This document shows, piece by piece, positions 39,622-53,974 of a stretch of 64,000 bases of DNA. The notes under the pieces were generated by a model, which had not been told where the DNA came from, made no database searches, and saw only the letters and a program-made list of their open reading frames with translations. The DNA is from Octopus sinensis (lineage: Eukaryota): assembly GCF_006345805.1 (NCBI RefSeq), contig NC_042997.1, forward strand, positions 173,538,001 to 173,602,000, written 5' to 3'. The stretch's first letter is position 1, and each line of letters opens with the position of its first letter. The position numbers were made by a program, and so were the translations under genes.

Positions 39622-40568
39622 CCACACTTAACATACATATTATATAATACTTCTTTCAACAGACACTCACTGACATATAATAAATAGCTCCTTCCCAAAC
39701 ATGTTGCTTATGCATTAATTTGAACTTTTGCATATGATATACTAATTATATTCTTACAACATAATTTTTAATTCGTTTTTTCCAAATTCTCATTTGGCAT
39801 CATTCCTTAATATTTCTCTTTCTCTTATTCCTATATTTCCTCTTATTTTATTTTATTTTATTTTATTTCTTTTAATCTTCTTTTATTGCATTGCTTCATA
39901 TCTATATCTTATTTTATAATTATTTTGAATTATCTACTCACATGCCTCGTTATTCTACTCTTAATACGTTTAATGTAATACTTTCGCTACACCCCTTAGA
40001 ATCTCTTAAAAAAATGAAATGAAAAAAGGATTTAGCTACAAATAGAGCCTCCGTTATGTGTTTATCTCAATAGGGGATGTCGTTTCGGTAATGAGTTTTT
40101 TTTTTTTTTCCTTGGATGTGTGGTTAAGAAGCTTATTTCGCCCCAACTTGGCTTCGGATTCAGTCCCATTGCGCTGCACTTTGGGTAAGTGTGTTTTACC
40201 ATCCCTTCGGGCCGAGCAATGACTTATGAATGAATTTGGTAGGCGAAAACTGCTACGTAAAAGATTCTCGTACACACACACAAACACACGCACATTATAT
40301 TATATACATTAATATCAAACAGTGAGAACGAGTGGATAAATTGGTGGATAATTTTTTTTTTAATTGTGGGTTAACCAGGCTACCATTGGTTTCATGTTAA
40401 GAGAGATATATTTCTCCACAATTTTCAAGTCTATTACATGGAACGTTGGAGTTTGTCTCCATCTTGGTTGAAAACATAAGATGACGATTATATATATGTG
40501 TGTGTGTGTGTGTGTGTTTGTGTGTGTGCGTGCCGTGTATATGTATATATATATATATATATATGTGT

Positions 40569-40614
<46 letters not shown>

Positions 40615-41220
40615 TGTATGTATATAGTGAAATTAATAAAGATCAAGATATTTAATATATAACAAGAAAATTATAAACCTATAGATTGATAATTATAAAA
40701 AAAATCTTTTCTGCTCTAGGCACAAGGCCCGAAATTTTTGAGGCGGGGAAGTCGATAGATCGACCCCAGTACGCAACTGGTGCTTAATTTATCGACTCCG
40801 AATAGACAAAAAGTAACGTCGACCTCAGTGGAATTTGAACTCAGGACGTAAAGACAGACGAAATACTGCTAAGCTTTTCACCCGGCATGCTAACTTTTCT
40901 GCCAGCTCGTTGCCTTATGAAAATAAATAATAAACCAAAAATGTAATTGAATACTTGAAAAAGAAAAAAAATTTTTTTTTTTTTAAATTAGTAGAACCCA
41001 CAGGAACCCTTAACCTTGATATATTTTAAGGCCAAACCCAGCAATAAATACTTAACTGGCCGAAGTAATCTACCTTACTCTGACACTCATTCTTACCTAA
41101 CTGGACGAGGTCACGAGGAAATATAACTATTTATAGAAACACCAACACCTCCAAAACGATCCTTATTCGGTCATTCTCATAGTCTTTTTTTAGGTCATCT
41201 TCGAACGGCAGCAAACAACA

Positions 41221-41305
41221 GACCCTGAAGAAGCTGTATCAACAATGAATACCAAGGTGCACAAATAACAGTGTACGGCGGGCGCAGCCGAAACGCGCGT
41301 AGGTC
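41221..41305 (+). ncRNA. Type I hammerhead ribozyme candidate
   Basis: Stem I GACC/GGTC; core CTGAAGA (41225-41231); stem II GCTG...CAGC; GAAA (41290-41293); palindromic stem III ACGCGCGT; predicted cleavage after GUA at 41301. Confidence 0.75.
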
Positions 41306-44300
41306 AAAGGGGAAAATGCTGCAAATAACTGTACATGAATGTGTAAACCTCCGTTCTCCTAATCTTTATTAATTTTATTATTTTCTCTACCGAAACTATA
41401 CAGTCCTTAAAAGGACATTCGGATTTACCGAGCGAGGATAACTGAATCTACTAAATTATCAGTAACTCGAGTACCACCAACATTGGCTGTGGTTATCCGG
41501 CATTGAGAACTGCCAGGACTATATATCCCTTGAAACACACATACACACACACGTGTGTGTATGCGTGTGTGTAGGAATGTATGTATGTCTTAGTGTTTCT
41601 TCCCCACCACGTAACAACCATTGACAAAAGAGACCGATAGAATACGTATCAATCTTAAAAAAAAAACAAGTCCTGTGGCCGATTTGTTCGGCTAAAACCT
41701 TCAAGTTTGTGCCCCAGCATGGCCACAGTCTAATGACTAAAACAAGTAAAAGTGGGTAATAGGAAATATTTATCATTTCACTTTTATCTTTGTTCTTTTA
41801 AAATATATTTCGGCCCTGACCAAACCAAGTATTTGTAAACTGGCAAAACGCTCTTTTAAACGCGATAAAATGCTTTAGTTGAACAGACTACAATAAAGAC
41901 TAGTTTTCGTGTTTGAGAGAACGAGAGAGAATGAGAGAGGGAGAGAGAGGCAGAGAAAGGGAGAGAGAAAGAGCGCTAGCATTTCGAATCTCGCATTTCA
42001 AATACATATCGTTGTTTATTTTGTTTTGTGTGGCAGGTAATACCGAGGAAATGAACATCGGATGATACAAAACGAGAGCAATTAATTTCTGTTGCATCTG
42101 TCTGTCTCGATTTTATTTTAAATCACGCCGTTAAGGAAAAGGAAATTAATAAATATTTCGTCAGCTTTGATTGAAGTGCCATCTGCCGGTGACGATCTGC
42201 TTACCTGCGACAACTAAGGAGGTATTCACCAATCTCGCTTTTCCAGGTTATTTACTATGGTTGCGTTATTGCCTTCACATTGCCGAGGTGTTATCTGTTG
42301 CTGCGCTGTCCGTTATATATCTTCCTAAAACTTCAAGCTTTCTCATTTTATTGCTGGATTAATTAGGTATTCACTTGTTTGTGTCTACTTTTCCTTCCCG
42401 TATATCCATCCGATAATTTATGATTTTAATCATTACAGTGGTTCAACTTTTACCATTTCCTCTTAATAATTCGCAGGTTCTTTGCAACTGCTCTTTTATA
42501 GAACCTCTTGCCAAGAGTTACATTTGATGCTATGCTGGTTCTGTATGTAATTTACTTAATGTTCTTCGAAACCAAGTGTTAACGAGTGAACTTTTGAATA
42601 TAGCGCTACAAATACGAAGGTGGTCATTTAATGTACTCAGTATAAAGATAAGAACTACTAATAGTTTCTTTCTGTGAAGACATGTGGCTTAGCAGATTTT
42701 TATACCGTACCTTGTGTCTCTAAGCAATCTGCAGGCTTTGAGCACATGATGTATTCTATATAAAAATCAGGGCGCTGGTATATGAGAAACCACGAGAAAA
42801 AACGAAGAGACTGATGCAAATAGTGGAAGGGTGGATAAAAATGGAAAAAGAAAAGAAAGAAAATTAGAGTTGCGTTCCCTTTGGCCGTAGGAGCCATAAT
42901 TAAACTAGCTATAGCAGAAGAATTCAACGGAGAGGGGTCCAAAGTCTGCGAGGCAGTTGTGCTCAATCCAAAGACAATGGCGTTCTCTAGTTCACCGAAC
43001 AAAATTTGCCCATATGCTTGCATTTGCTGAAAAATTCGGATCTGGAAGTAAGTAGCACGGTAGAATATTTTGATCTAAAAAGAATGTGCGATCTCTCAGA
43101 TACGCATAAGCTACATTTCTTAGATCCATTTGCACATATGGCATAGAGTTCTCTACATTCTCCACTTGATCCTATATGGTGTGCAGTTCTTCAAACCCCA
43201 TAAGTAGTCAGCTAACTTAGTGGCTTTTACTTTTGTCGATGTGTCAGAAAGAAGACAGTTAATTTTATATAACGTCTTTTCAAATCAACTTTGCATAAAC
43301 CGATGTAACTTATCGTTTTCGCTTTATATAGATAAATGAGTGAAGAGTGAAAGTTTGTGGTTTAACGTTTATTCCATTGTTTACAACTGTTTCAACAACC
43401 TGAGCTGAGCTCAACTTGTTGAAACCATGAAATAAACGTAACATCAAAAACTCCATCCTTCACTGATTTAAACTTATATTCTACAATGAAAGTAAACCTT
43501 ATGATTTTTCTGTTTGTTCGAAATGAGTTTCTACTGAAACAATTCACTTTTAATACAACTTTAGGTAGCCACCGCTCAAGCGCTTCCTAATTATCTAATT
43601 CCTTCAAGGATCAATAGACATGGACCCACTGGTTCAAGATGATTGAAGGTAGGTCAGGAACAACTAACGAACATGTAGAAACTGGGGTGTAGCAAGCTTT
43701 CCCACGCTAAATAAACATGCACGGGTGCTTCCCACATTCTCTACATTTTTTCACAGTTTTTCATTGATCATCCCATGGCAGATTCGTGGTATCTGGGAGT
43801 TACTAATCCCAAAATATCATGAAGGTAATAGTTGTGCATGTTCGCGAGATACTGGACAGAGACAGAAGAATCCTTCAGTCGTTGCAAGTGCTTTTGAGCA
43901 AGTCCTTTCTATGATTCACTTTAACCTCGCTACATATTTTATTTCGCTGTGTCTGGAAGAAGGGTGTTGTCTGTAGCCACTGAAGACTCTACAACAAACT
44001 TACCTTGCTGAAGTGCCTCAGCGTCAGAGTTGGCTCAGATATAAAATACCGCTTAGCCGACTTATTCCATAATTGAAGGTTAACCTTCACTACTCTCAAC
44101 CTGCTTTCCCGGGGTTGTTGCCCTTTCTTCAGTACTTATCTAACCCACTATTCCCTCCGAATACATTGCTTATATAGCCACCGTAAACAGTGCTGTTAAG
44201 TTATTGGATATACCAATTTATATATTATGATGCATTTCTGGGGTTGGTATGTAACTATTAAAGCTTTGTAGGTATGTGGCACTTCGTTATGCAAAGACAA

Positions 44301-44374
44301 TATACTATATGGTATATTAAATGTCTTCATAAGTCAGTACCACGTTCTATTGCGTTAGCAGTACACTTACATTA

Positions 44375-46727
44375 CACTGGTCAACAAGTATTTTTCCTCA
44401 AGTATATGTCAAGGTGTACTGAATGTAGTTTTCAATGCTGATTTCACATGTACAATTAGGTTTTTGACATCACGTACAGAATTCAAGATGCAAACTTTTT
44501 TTTTGTTTTAGCTCATGCAATATATAGAATTTGCAGTTGATGCTCATGCATAATAAAGAGCATCCAATTGCATGTATTTCATTTACACCATGGAAACGTA
44601 CCTTTAAAATAAACTACATTATTCCTTGCGGCATAGTTCAGATGCAATATTTCATCATCTTGAATCAACCAATCAAGTTTTGTCTGATGAAATGGTTATT
44701 CAACATCTCAAATTGTTCATTCGTGATTGGTCTGATGAAATATTTTTTCATCCCAAATTCAAAATAAGTATAACCGTTTGTATCTATTTCCTTACTTGTT
44801 TTACAGTGTTAGCAAAGTCAAGACAGTGTAGAAATCGTTTTGTTATGCCTGTGGACAATTTATTGTGAAAGCTCAAAAACGTACAATAACACTAGAGATC
44901 AAGAAGATTTATAAGCTATACTTTGACTGTCCTCTTGGAGATCAGGACAAGTTATGGACACCACATTTTATCTGCTTAGCTTGCTCAAATGGCTTACGTA
45001 ACTGGTTCATTAAGAAGAAGAAGTCTATGCCTTTTACCATTCCAATGATATGGAGGGAGCCGAAAGACAATTTTAATGACTGTTATTTTTGCAAAATAAA
45101 TGTCACAGGATTTTCTATGAAGAATAAACACAAAATTGTGTAACCCAATTTGGATTCTGCAATGAGATTTGTGCCTCACAATAGAAGTCTGCCAATTCCA
45201 GTTCCACCAGATGATGGCATTGAAACATCAGATGATGATGCTGACTGTTACGATAGTGCTGCTGAGGAAGATTACGTGGCTCATGATGATAGATTTGAAC
45301 CTCAGAAATTTTCCCAAGCTGAACTGAATGACCTTGTCAGAGACCTATCCCTCTCAAAAGATAAAGCGGAACTGTTGGGATCAAGACTGAAGGAGAAGTA
45401 TCTGCTAGAGAAGGTACTTGTATAACTTATTTTCGGCAGAGAAATGTGGTTCTACAAACGTGTTTTTCGGTTGAAGGCTCGCTTTGCTTTTGCAGTAACA
45501 CCGATGAACTTTTCGAATGTTTATCACAAAACCTGATTCTACAGAGTGGCATTTGTTTATTGACTCTTCAAAACGAAGTTTAAAATTTGTACTTCCCACA
45601 ATGTTAATTTGAAGTCCTCCATTCCTATTACACACTCCGTCATCTTCATGAATCATATGAGAATATGGAACTTTTACGTCATGCCATTGCCTATGAAAGA
45701 TACTCATAGAAAATATGCGGAGATTTAAAGGTCATTGGAATGTTAATGGGAATGCAAAATACTGTTGTTTCTCATGTCTGAGATAATCGGGCAACTGACA
45801 GGCATCATTCGGAATCAAACTGGCAGACAAGAACATCATACCTCCAGAACTATCTAGCGCCAAGAATACACCTCTTATAGATCTATGTAATGTCCTATGC
45901 CTCCTTTGCACATAAGGCTTAGACTGATGGAACAGTTTGTAAAGGCACTAGGGGAGAGAAGTGCCAGAGGATTTGAGTATATTGTTGACAAGTTTCCCAA
46001 AATCACACAGGCGAAGTTGAAAGAGGGCATCTTTGTCGGACCCCAAATTAGAGAACTACTCAAAGATGTCACCTTCAAGACAATATTGGACGAACTAGAA
46101 CTGCCTGCCTGGACTACTTTCAATTGGATCTATAAGAATTTCTTGGGCAACAAGAAAGCAATGGACTACAAGGATGGCATCAAGAATCTTCTGAAATGTA
46201 ACTCAGCAATGAGTTGTCGTATGTCACTGAAAGTTCACTTCTTGGACTCCCATCTGGATTTCTTCGCAGATAACATTGGAGCAGTGTCTGATGACATTGA
46301 TGCTATGGAGAAACGGTACCAAGCCTTCTAGAATGATAGTATTCTGGCTGACTACTGCTGGACACTTTACCGTGATCAACCAGATCAGGAACACCACAGG
46401 AAATCCAAATCACGATGTTTCTAACTCTGTTGTTCTAACTTTGTTTTGTCTGACCCATTTTTTGTGTATTCACTCTATGTAGAATTATGTAGAATGAGTG
46501 ATGATTTTTAGCTCAATAAACTCATTTACTTTCTAAAAATAATATGGTTTTATTTATTACGTTAATGATTTCAGATGTACAACTATGTAAATATTTGCAT
46601 CTACTGAAAAACTGATACGTGCTGCATACAAATGGAGTGAAACTTTGAAATCATCATGAAAAATTAGTCTAAAAACGTTGGTTTGCATTCTTAATGAGTA
46701 TAATACATTTAGCTTTGTTGACCAGTG
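44375..46727 (+). mobile_element. Chapaev3-type (CMC) DNA transposon, 2353 bp, complete ends
   Basis: 13-bp perfect TIR CACTGGTCAACAA / TTGTTGACCAGTG; 3-bp TWA-type flanks TTA/ATA; internal transposase. Confidence 0.8.
44838..46424 (+). pseudogene. Decayed Chapaev3-type transposase
   Basis: FCYACGQ...YFDCPLGDQDK...PMIWREPKD..DCYFC; FIDSSKRSLK; CGDLKVIGMLMG; PPLHIRL; LKEGIFVGPQIRELL; HFLDSHLDFF..N.GAVSD; ADYCW. Stops, frameshifts and deletions present. Confidence 0.8.
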
Positions 46728-47450
46728 ATATATAACGTTCTATTGCGTCAGCAGTGCTCTTACATTATATAACCTTAACAAAATAATGTACGAGCACTGC
46801 TGACGCAATAGAACGTGGTACTGACTTATGAACACATTTAGTATATCTTATAGTATGTTGCGTTTGCATAACGAAGTACCACGTACCTACAAAGCTTTAA
46901 TATTTACATACCAGCCCCAGGAATGCGTCTAATATGTACATTGGTAAATCCAATAATTTAACACCACTGTATGCAGTGGTTATATAAGCAATGTATTCGG
47001 AGGCAATAGTGGTTCAGTAGAGTGCTGAAGAAGGTGCAAAGTCGACCTCGGCGGAATTTGAATTCAGAACGTAACGGCAGACAAAATATCGCTAGGCATT
47101 TTCCTCGGCGTGCTAACGTTTCCTGCCAGTTCACAGACTTGCATGTATAATACAATTACGATCATGAAATTAGCATTAGCTTATCTCACTCTTTCTTGTG
47201 GAACCCCCTATGAACTTTTTGCGGAACTCTAGGGTTCCGGGGAACCCCGGTTGAGAAACACTAAAATTAGAGTATGAGACCAACATCTCAAAAGTCACAA
47301 ATTCATATCCCATTATTTGGTTCTCAATATTGTTATGTAACCACAGGCCAGTCTGATCAAGAAAACTCTGAAATAAACAACTTCAACAGTAACGTCAATA
47401 ACAGATGCACGTACATATGAAGTGAACTATGAAGAATGTTTGTTGTTAAA

Positions 47451-47854
47451 TACTCTTTTACTTGTTTCAGACATGTAACTGCGGCCATGCTGGAGCACCG
47501 CCTTTAGTCGAAGAAATCGACCCCAGGACTTATTCTTTGTAAGCCTAGTACTTATTCTATCGGTCTCTTTTGCCGAACCGCTAAGTTACGGGGATGTAAA
47601 CACACCAGCATCGGTTGTCAAGTGATGTCGGGTGGGGGAACACAGACGCGCAAACACACACATAAATATACATATATATGCATATATACGACGGGCTTCT
47701 TTCAGTTTCCGTCTAGCAAATCCACTCACAAGGCTTTGGTTGTCCCCCAGGCTATAGTAGAAGACACTTGCCCAAGGTGCCACGCAGTGGGACTGAACCC
47801 GGAACCATGTGGTTGGTAAGCAAGCTATTTACCACACAGCCACTCCTGCGCCTA
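47451..47854 (-). mobile_element. Composite SINE C-D, full length
   Basis: Reverse complement of the 30902-31352 architecture. Confidence 0.9.
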
Positions 47855-48336
47855 GAAGAAATTGTGAAATGTTTTCAAGTATTTGAGGAGGAAGTGTGAA
47901 CGATTCTATAGATAGATACTTTGTAGTTTTATTGTTCAGCACTTTGTGTTTAAACTTCGCTGAAATTTTATTTTGCTATTTCCGTTAGTTGTGTTTGATA
48001 ATTAATTTATAAACAGTTATATCCAGCTTTCACATTACTCCAATAAAATATAATGAGGTTCATAGATTTAAAGTCATCCCATTATCACATGTGGATGGTC
48101 GGTGCTGAATTTAAGAGCTTCGAATTGGTGCAATCAGATATTGCTAAAAATTAGTGTCAGAGTAAGGTAGATATTGACTAAAATTTCTTATAAGGGTTTT
48201 CGTAGCATTATCAAGGGCTGAACAACGGTAGTCAAGCGTTGGTAGGCGAAAACACAGACATAAGTAAAGACATGTTCATACATATATACATGGATACATT
48301 CATGCAAGCCACGCATACAGATATGTATATACAGAA

Positions 48337-48751
48337 GGCGGCGAGCTGGCAGAAACGTTAGCACACCGGGCGAAATGAGCAGCCGTATTTCGTCAGCTGA
48401 TACGTTCTGAGTTCAAATTCCGCCGAGGTCGACTTTGCCTTTCATCTTTTCGGAGTCGATAAATTAAGTACCAGTTACGCACTGGAGTCGATATAATCGA
48501 CTTAATCTGTTTGTCTGTCCTTGTTTGTCCCCTCTGTCTGTAGCCCCTTGTGGGTAGTAAAGAAATAGATATTTCATCTGCTGATACGTTCTGAGTTCAA
48601 ATTCCGCCGAGGTCGACTTTGCCTTTCATCTTTTCGGAGTCGATTAAATAAGTACCAGTTACGCACTGGAGTCGATATAATCAACTTAGTCTCTTTGTCT
48701 GTCCTTGTTTGTCCCCTCTATGTTTAGCCCCTTGTGGGCAATAAAGAATTA
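48337..48751 (+). mobile_element. SINE B dimer
   Basis: Junction AAGAAATA|GATATTTC at 48567/48568; TSD ATATGTATATACA (48321-48333 / 48754-48766). Confidence 0.9.
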
Positions 48752-49245
48752 ATATATGTATATACATGTGTTTGTGTACAACGGGTGTCCTTCAGTTTCT
48801 CTTTACCAAATACACTCACAAGCCTCTTGTCGACCAAGGGCTATAACAGAAGATCCTCGACCAAGTTGCAGAGGAACTGAACCCAAGACCAAATGTTTGG
48901 GAAGCAAGCTTCTCAACGACGCGACCGCATTTTCGCCGATGCGTAATTATAAGGAAAAGTTGGTTTCTTTCCTAGTAGATTGAGCTACTAGGTACGGATC
49001 TTTCTCCTAAGGGAGGATACTTTAAGTTTGCTCTCGCATCGTGGCTGCCATTTTAAATTTTGATTTACTTTCCATCATGGCGTCACAAAGCAACGTGAAC
49101 GGACAATATTCTGATTTATTTCACTCGTTTCTTGTATGGAGCCATCTTTTCATTTCGTTTCCAGTGTTTCGTTTCTTCGTAACTCACAGAACATGAATAA
49201 ATGTATATACACACATTGGCATACACGCACCCACGCACGAACACA

Positions 49246-49286
<41 letters not shown>

Positions 49287-49574
49287 TACACATATACACA
49301 CAGGTGCACACAAAGACATATATATACATACATGCATATCTATTTACATATATATAATATGCATTCACACACAAACATACACACATACGCATACAGACAC
49401 ACACACATGCACACACATACACGCACACATTCATATGCACACAAACGCAAGCATATCTATTTACATATGATGATATACGCATACCTTCATACATACATGC
49501 AGATGTAACATACTCAAATACGCCAATAATTACATGCTGAAGCACATACATTCACACACACAGGCACACATGCA

Positions 49575-49618
<44 letters not shown>

Positions 49619-50726
49619 ATGCACACACACGCAAGTATATATTTATAAGATACAGTATCGTTTGCAAGAGTGGTAGTTATGAAAGACTACCTACACTCCC
49701 AAATCTACTTTTACGCTAATTCGCTGGCCACGACAACGAGTTTCCTAGAAAGCAACTAATAGTAAGAACATAGTATATTTTCAGTATTATTTATTGACCT
49801 TCAAGATATAGCAAACCTGACCTTTATTATAAATTCTTTATTATCAATGTCAATTCGAATCAGTCTTACAACAAACGCTGCTTATCGTTTGTGAATCCAG
49901 TGTCTAAGACTCTGAAAGTACAAATCTATTTGTTTTCTTTGTTCTGCTGTTGTTCTTATCATTAGAAGAACAGGCAACGCCGCTTGATGGCTCCGAGAAG
50001 GCCATGGCAAATAGGAAATCTATTCCTTTAAGCAAGTGTATAAGGAAAAAGAACTAGAAAGCAAGCAGATCAGCTAACAACTCAAGGAACAAACGACTGG
50101 AGGAGAAGGTTAATGGGGAAGGTGGAGTGGTTGTGGCGGTGATAATGGTAGTGGTGGTGGTGGTGGTTGTAATGGTGGTGGTTGTTGCGGTGGTGATGGT
50201 AGTAGTGGTATGTAGTGGAAGATATCATTGTAAAAGATCCTATCAAATTACCAAAACTGAGAGTAGAGAAAAGGGAAAAAGAACAATGGCCGAATTAATA
50301 GCAGCAACGACGCTGGAAAACTGACGTAATCAGCAATTCTATGGCGTCGGCAGCTGAGCGATCAATCATATGAACCCTAATCAGACAAACTATCATATAT
50401 CGAAGATTTGGGGGTTGCTGTTCTCTTGTGACGTGAATGTGATAATCAACCGAATGTCAAACGTGATATTTGTTCGGGATTAAAAAGAGGTTGGGGGTGG
50501 GGGTTGAAGAAATCATAAGAAAGAAGGTTTTTGTTTTGTTTCATTTTGTTTTATCCATTTTCAAGGACTATTTTCAAAATTCTTGGAATAAACGATATAT
50601 TTGTCTTTCTTTAATACTCTTAAAGTATTTCGGGTATGAACATTCCAATTGAAATAATTTCCATTTTTCATCTATAAACATGTAATCTATTTCTTGTTAT
50701 GGCTTAATAAGAGAAAAAAGAGTATG

Positions 50727-50803
<77 letters not shown>

Positions 50804-50828
50804 GTATCAATCTCTCTCTCTCTTTCTC

Positions 50829-50895
<67 letters not shown>

Positions 50896-50956
50896 TATAT
50901 ATACAGGTAGATAGAAAGTTAGATATACATATATATATGCATATGGAAGTATTCAA

Positions 50957-50996
<40 letters not shown>

Positions 50997-51533
50997 ATAC
51001 CTGTTTAGAGGGATATAAAGTTATAGATGGTTCGAAATCAAAACAAAGAACTGCGAAAGATACCTCATGACTAAATAATCATGTTAAGCTGAGCGACGGA
51101 TATTCAATCTACTATTGATACACGGACAGATCATTCCACCGGCTTCCGCACAGTTTCCGCCGAACCAATTTCACGGACAGGTCTTGAGTCGACCCGAAAT
51201 GTCTATGATGTCTCGCAGCAGAATCGAATCCAGCGCCACGTGACTAATCCAACTTCTTAATCATACGGCTATGTCTGCGGTTATTTGTTCCATGTAATGG
51301 TGATAATGGTGTAGATTTAGTATATATAAATAAATGCATATTGTCTATGTGTCAGTCAATAAATATCTTAGTCTGTCTAGAAAATATTAGCAACACGAAT
51401 AGGTTGTGGGCAAATATTTTGAACAAATTTTTCGAACAATCCAAACACTAATGATATTTCTTTATCAGTTTTCTTCTCGGTAATAAAATACGAAAAGTAT
51501 GTATGTGTGTGTGTCTGTATTTATGTATATATA

Positions 51534-51595
<62 letters not shown>

Positions 51596-51610
51596 GTATG
51601 TATATATGTA

Positions 51611-51716
51611 TGTCATTATTCAGTTTATTTCAAGATTTCTTGCAACAGAGAAAGAGTTGGTTTCTAACCTAGATCCAAGTCTCCTTCATTGGAATTTCAA
51701 CATCAACAAAAGGGTA
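51611..51716 (-). mobile_element. 3' UTR terminus of the same RLE element family as 2194-2580
   Basis: Reverse complement matches ~2475-2580 and ends at the same TGACA, followed by TACA/TA repeats. Confidence 0.7.
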
Positions 51717-51780
51717 TTTTTGTACGTATGTGTGTATCTGTATATATATATATATATATATGCATGTATGTATTTGTTTG

Positions 51781-51866
<86 letters not shown>

Positions 51867-52039
51867 AGTCTGTCTGTCTTTCTGTCTGTTTATCTATCAT
51901 CTATCTATCACACTAACTATGCATCTATTTAACTACAAACATACTCTCCTTCTCTTGATAAATATACATAACATACACTCACATCCATCCATCTATCCAC
52001 CCATCCATCCATCCATCCATCCATCCATCCATCCATACA

Positions 52040-52070
<31 letters not shown>

Positions 52071-52339
52071 CAAGCTCAAATCCACGTTTGTACTAATTCG
52101 GCTGATTTACAGGCAAAAATCTACCTGCAGCAGTTTTCCACCACATACATATTGTTGAACCTCGATCCGTGCTGGAAATTATTCATGGCTCGGAAAAGTT
52201 GGTAATCTGATGGTACAAGGTTTGAACTATAGCCAGGGTGAGGTTGCACATTCTGTTCTTCAAGTTTGCGCATGATCACATTGATCACATTCAAGTTTGC
52301 TCTTGATCACATTGGCTGAGCTTATGGAGGTATCGATTG

Positions 52340-52765
52340 ATTTAAAAAGCCAAGTTCTGGCGACAAAGAACGACTGTTTGTCCTTGGTTGCTCTTCAGCC
52401 ATTTCAAGCTAGGCTTCATATTCCACAGTAGGTCTCCCTGACATTAGTTTGCCTTTGAAGCTAGTGTCACTTTCCTTGAAATGTCTGAGCCAATTTTGTG
52501 ACATACGTTCGTTGACTGTTTCTGGGCCTTCCTTATAATTAATTTCTTTTGCCGTTGCTCTTGCACTAAGTCCTTCTTTCAAAAAGATTGTGTAAAATGG
52601 CTCTGATTTCAATCTTTTCACCACTCAATGTCAATGCTGCAAAATAAAGAATAAACAATTCAGCAACGATTGGACAAGTTATTTCAAATTAATGATACAA
52701 CATGAAGAGATGTCAAAAATCATTACTGAAAACTTGAAAAAACTTTTGACTCAACCTGGTGAATA
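52340..52765 (-). pseudogene. Mariner transposase N-terminal HTH remnant
   Basis: FLKEGLSARATAKEIN..EGPETVNERMSQNWLRHFKESDTSF....SGRP resembles the Mos1-type HTH; a probable TIR remnant lies near 52740-52765. Confidence 0.7.
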
Positions 52766-52775
52766 TATGTGTGTG

Positions 52776-52809
<34 letters not shown>

Positions 52810-52871
52810 ATACACACACAAACACACACACACATAGAAATATGTACGTAAGTATATATGTATTTACATAC

Positions 52872-53278
52872 CTTTTACTATTTTACTTGTTTCAGCCATT
52901 TGACTCTGGCCATGCTGGAGCATCGCCTTTAGTCGAGCAAATCGACCCAGGACTTATTCTGTGTAAGCCTAGTACTTATTCTATCGGTATATTTTGCCGA
53001 ACCGCTAAGTTACAGGGACGTAATCACACTACTATCGGTTGTCAAACGATGTTGAGGGGACAACACAGACACACAAACATATACACACATATATATATAT
53101 ATATACATATATACGACGGGCTTCTTTCAGTTTCCGTTTACCAAATCCACTCACAAGGCTTTGGTCGGCCCGAGTCTATAGTAGAAGACACTCGCCCAAG
53201 GTGCCACGCAGTGGGACTGAACCCGGAACCATGTGGTTCATAAGCAAGCTACTTACCACACAGCCACTCCTACGCGTA
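52872..53278 (-). mobile_element. Composite SINE C-D, full length
   Basis: Consensus match to other copies. Confidence 0.9.
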
Positions 53279-53974
53279 TGCATATATTTTTTTTAGAAAG
53301 GAGTTAATTTCTATCAAATGAAGACAATTGTGATGACAACAATGATAAGTATTAGATGTAGAAATTTCTGAAAATCTTGCATAATTTCATAGTTCCACTT
53401 ACAGATTGTATTTGTAGAGTATATGTTAGCTGGTCGCTTCTTTGCCTGAAAATTCTACTTATTCTAGATTGTCGTTTAGACATTTATTAATATAATTATT
53501 CTCTGACTAATGACCAGAAATATATAGCCAGATATTACAATAATGTAAAAGATTGATGAAAAATATAACATCTATACCAAACTGAGGAGAATTTGGAGCC
53601 AATCCGTTCGAAACTTACCTTTGAATTTTTAACCAATAATTATTGGAATAGTTGGATATGTGATTAATCGTGTCAGTAGTAATCTTGGGCAACTAAGTTA
53701 CAAACAGTCAGATAAAACATAATTGATTAGGAATTTACAGCTACAAGCCATGAAAAGGAATGTCGAAACATGTAAGATATCCTAGCTTGGTATACACTTT
53801 AAAACCATATATGCCACGATATCCATGTCTGTAGCCATATCCGTGTGTGCACAAACATATGTACATGCCTGCATACTTACAGGCAGGCATGTATACATGT
53901 TTATGTATGCATACATGTGTGCATACATACTTATGCGCACATATATGTACTCTGTTGATGGTATAAATATAGAG

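Larger units (their letters stand above)
44118..47035. repeat. Foldback/palindromic element with ~255-bp inverted arms (44118-44374 and ~46784-47035), interrupted by a transposon
   Basis: Arms align by eye as diverged reverse complements; the original centre with a 16-nt loop survives at ~46735-46816. Confidence 0.85.

Noticed and set aside
42880-44110. Putative exons ending at GAA|GTAAGT (~43049, +) and AAG|GTAAGT (~44003, -)
   Set aside because: Acceptors are weak and the peptides are unrecognisable.
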